Below, in pieces: positions 61,840 through 64,000 of a DNA stretch of 64,000 nt; within the stretch, counting starts at the first letter, position 1; the number at the start of each line of letters is the position of its first letter. The stretch is from an uncultured Chloroflexia bacterium (GTDB lineage Bacteria; Chloroflexota; Limnocylindria; Limnocylindrales; CSP1-4): assembly GCA_963833225.1 (NCBI GenBank), contig CAWHXD010000006.1, forward strand, positions 32,001 through 96,000. Reading direction: 5' to 3'. The translations under genes were made by a program, and so were the position numbers. The notes under the pieces are model-generated. The model had not been told where the DNA came from, did no database searches, and worked only from the letters and a program-made list of their open reading frames with translations.

Positions 61840-62363
61840 GTCGAGTCGTCTCCGTTTCGAGGCGCGCATCCTGCGGGCGAATGGCCGTCGGTCGGCGCCA
61901 GGTGACCGGCGATCCGGGCCGCCTGCGCGTCGTGGATCCTTGGTGGAGTGATGGACCTATCTTCTCATCCCGTCATCACCGTCATATTGCCGTGGATACG
62001 GGGGATTGGCACGCTCCAGTGTGCGGGTGGGGGCTGTTGACAGAGGGGCCAAGGCCGTGGGTGGCCGTGTCCCGCACCGGGGACGCACCGGGGATGACTT
62101 GTTGATGAACCAGGGCCGCCCGGCCGACGGCTCAGGACCGCCTCCCTGAAGCGCCCTTCTGTCCACCACCACACCCCCACGCCCCGGGAGCGCCATCCAC
62201 GTGGACCCGGCGTTGTCCACCGGATTCGGGCATGGGTCCACAGCCAGGCGCAACGGGGGGACTGGGCAACGGGCGCCAGCAACGGGCGCCAGCAACGGGC
62301 GCCAAGGCGCCGATTGGCCGCCAGGGCGGGGGCTCGGTGCTGGCCACAGGGGGGCCACGGGCA
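61840..62363. other. Putative chromosomal replication origin (oriC)
   Basis: dnaA-dnaN intergenic region with several degenerate DnaA-box-like 9-mers: CGTGGATAC 61991, TGTTGACAG 62035, TGTTGATGA 62100, CTGTCCACC 62159, TTGTCCACC 62213, GGGTCCACA 62234. Confidence 0.75.
62266..62304. repeat. Three perfect tandem 13-mers GCAACGGGCGCCA
   Basis: Copies at 62266, 62279 and 62292; partial GCAACGGG at 62250. Confidence 0.85.
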
Positions 62364-63728
62364 CTAGTCGGAGTAGATCAGCTCCCGGACCGCCGAGACC
62401 TCGCGGCGCATCTCGTCGTTGACCTGCATCTCGCGGTTGATCTTGTCGCAGGCGTGCAGCACGGTCGAATGGTCCCGGCCACCGAGCTCAGCACCGATCC
62501 GCAGCAGCGAGACGTCTGTCTCCTCGCGCATCAGGAACATCGCGATCTGGCGGGGCACCACGATGCTCCGCTCACGCTTCTGTCCCCGCAGCGCGTCCAT
62601 GCCCACCCCGTAGTACTCGGAGACCGCGATCGCGATCCGCTCCGGCGTGACCTGGCGCTTCTTGGGGTTGTAGAGGACGTTCGAGAGGACGGCCTGGGCC
62701 AGCTCGATGGAGATGGGCATCGCGCCCATCGAGGAGTAGGCGACGATCCGGTTGAGCGCACCCTCGAGCTCGCGGATGTTGCTCACGACCTTGCGGGCGA
62801 TGAACTCCATCACGTCGCTCGTGATCGGCGTGCCCTGCTCCTCGGCCTTGGCGCGCAGGATGGCGATCCGGGTCTCGAGGTCGGGCGCGGTGAGGTCCGC
62901 GATGAGGCCCCACTCGAACCGCGACCGGAGCCGCTCTTCGAGGGTCAGGATCGCCTTGGGCGGCCGGTCTGAGCTCAGCACGATCTGCTTGCCGTCCTCG
63001 TGGATGGCGTTGAACGTGTGGAAGAACTCCTCCTGCGTCCGCTCCTTGTCCGCGATGAACTGGATGTCATCGATCAGCAGCAGGTCGATCCGGCGGTAGC
63101 GGGCCCGGAAGTCGTCGATCTTGCCCTGCTGGATGCTGGTGATGAACTCGTTGGTGAACTTCTCGCTGGTGGCGTAGGCCACGCGCTTGCGCGGGAACTT
63201 GGCGACGACCGCGTTGCCGATGGCGTGCATCAGGTGGGTCTTGCCCAGCCCCACGCCCCCGTACAGGAACAGCGGGTTGTACGCATGGCCGGGCCGCTCG
63301 GCAACGGATAGCGATGCCGCGTGGGCGAGCCGGTTGGCCGACCCCACGATGAAGTTGGAGAACGTGTACCGCGCGTTGAGGTTGGTCGCGCCAGCCGCGG
63401 ATCCCTCCGGGGCGCCGACCCGAGTGGGCTCCACCCGGACCGGCTGGGCGGCGACGGTGGCCGCCGGCGCCTGCACCTCGCCTGCGGCAGCCACCACGAA
63501 CTCGACCTGCACGCTGTAGCCGACGACCCTGGCCAGCGTCTGGGAGATGAGCGACCGGTAGCGCGTCTCGAGCCAGTCCTTGGCGAACCCGTTCGGCACG
63601 GCGATCCGGAACCGCTGGTCGTCGACGTCCACCAGGTGGGTATCCCGAAGCCACGTTTCGAAGTTGGCTGGCGACAGGGACACCTGCAACTCACCAAGGG
63701 CGGCGCGCCAGACCTGCTTCGCGTCCAT
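62364..63728 (-). CDS. dnaA: Chromosomal replication initiator DnaA
   Basis: LNARYTF.NF.VG, YNPLFLYGGVGLGKTHL, LLIDDIQF, RLRSRFEWGL, GGRDHSTV. Confidence 0.98.
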   Translation of the reverse strand: MDAKQVWRAALGELQVSLSPANFETWLRDTHLVDVDDQRFRIAVPNGFAKDWLETRYRSLISQTLARVVGYSVQVEFVVAAAGEVQAPAATVAAQPVRVEPTRVGAPEGSAAGATNLNARYTFSNFIVGSANRLAHAASLSVAERPGHAYNPLFLYGGVGLGKTHLMHAIGNAVVAKFPRKRVAYATSEKFTNEFITSIQQGKIDDFRARYRRIDLLLIDDIQFIADKERTQEEFFHTFNAIHEDGKQIVLSSDRPPKAILTLEERLRSRFEWGLIADLTAPDLETRIAILRAKAEEQGTPITSDVMEFIARKVVSNIRELEGALNRIVAYSSMGAMPISIELAQAVLSNVLYNPKKRQVTPERIAIAVSEYYGVGMDALRGQKRERSIVVPRQIAMFLMREETDVSLLRIGAELGGRDHSTVLHACDKINREMQVNDEMRREVSAVRELIYSD

Positions 63729-64000
63729 TCGGTCGATCGTGTTCCTGATGGCGGGGGCTGCTGATGGGTAACGCTGACCAGCGACGAGACCAGACTGGGT
63801 GCGCCGTGACGGGTCCCGGGGCACCGACCCGCAACCGTTGCGGGACCCCCGAAGGGGGCCTCCCACGGCGTCCCGGCACCTCAAGGCTCGGGAACAATAC
63901 ACCGCTGCAAGGAGGGGTCGCAAGGCGATTCGCGCATACCCCCATGGGGTATCGTGCAAGAGCCCGGACGTGATGGCCGAGGGCGGGCCGGATGGCCTTT

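Overview
High-GC (roughly 70%) bacterial chromosomal window that runs up to the replication origin (dnaA-oriC-dnaN-recF-dciA, minus strand, right end). Gene content and protein styles suggest a Chloroflexota-like organism, but this is inferred and not proven. In order: a KimA-like K+ transporter/UspA/2x TrkA operon; an hsp20-hspR-lon-dnaJ-clpB heat-shock operon; a repeat-rich convergent intergenic region; purH-glpX; folK; a CofC-like gene and a MidA/NDUFAF7-family methyltransferase; an unusual complex I operon; tlpA, a sortase-like gene, corA and an MFS transporter; an ArsR-led phosphatidylinositol-mannoside-like operon facing a block of GT-C/GT2 glycosyltransferases that includes a ~1,790-aa double GT-C protein; DUF151, a rhomboid protease and a degenerate PP2C membrane protein. 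The best candidate for a new system is the complex I operon. Its nuoI appears split in two around an inserted electron-input module made of a truncated NuoE, a degenerate NuoF/HydB-like subunit and a NuoG-GltD hybrid with NADPH-type motifs. Many single-base frameshifts (0.3-4 kb, 27-32 kb, start of recF) look like sequencing errors, so some coordinates are reconstructed by eye.
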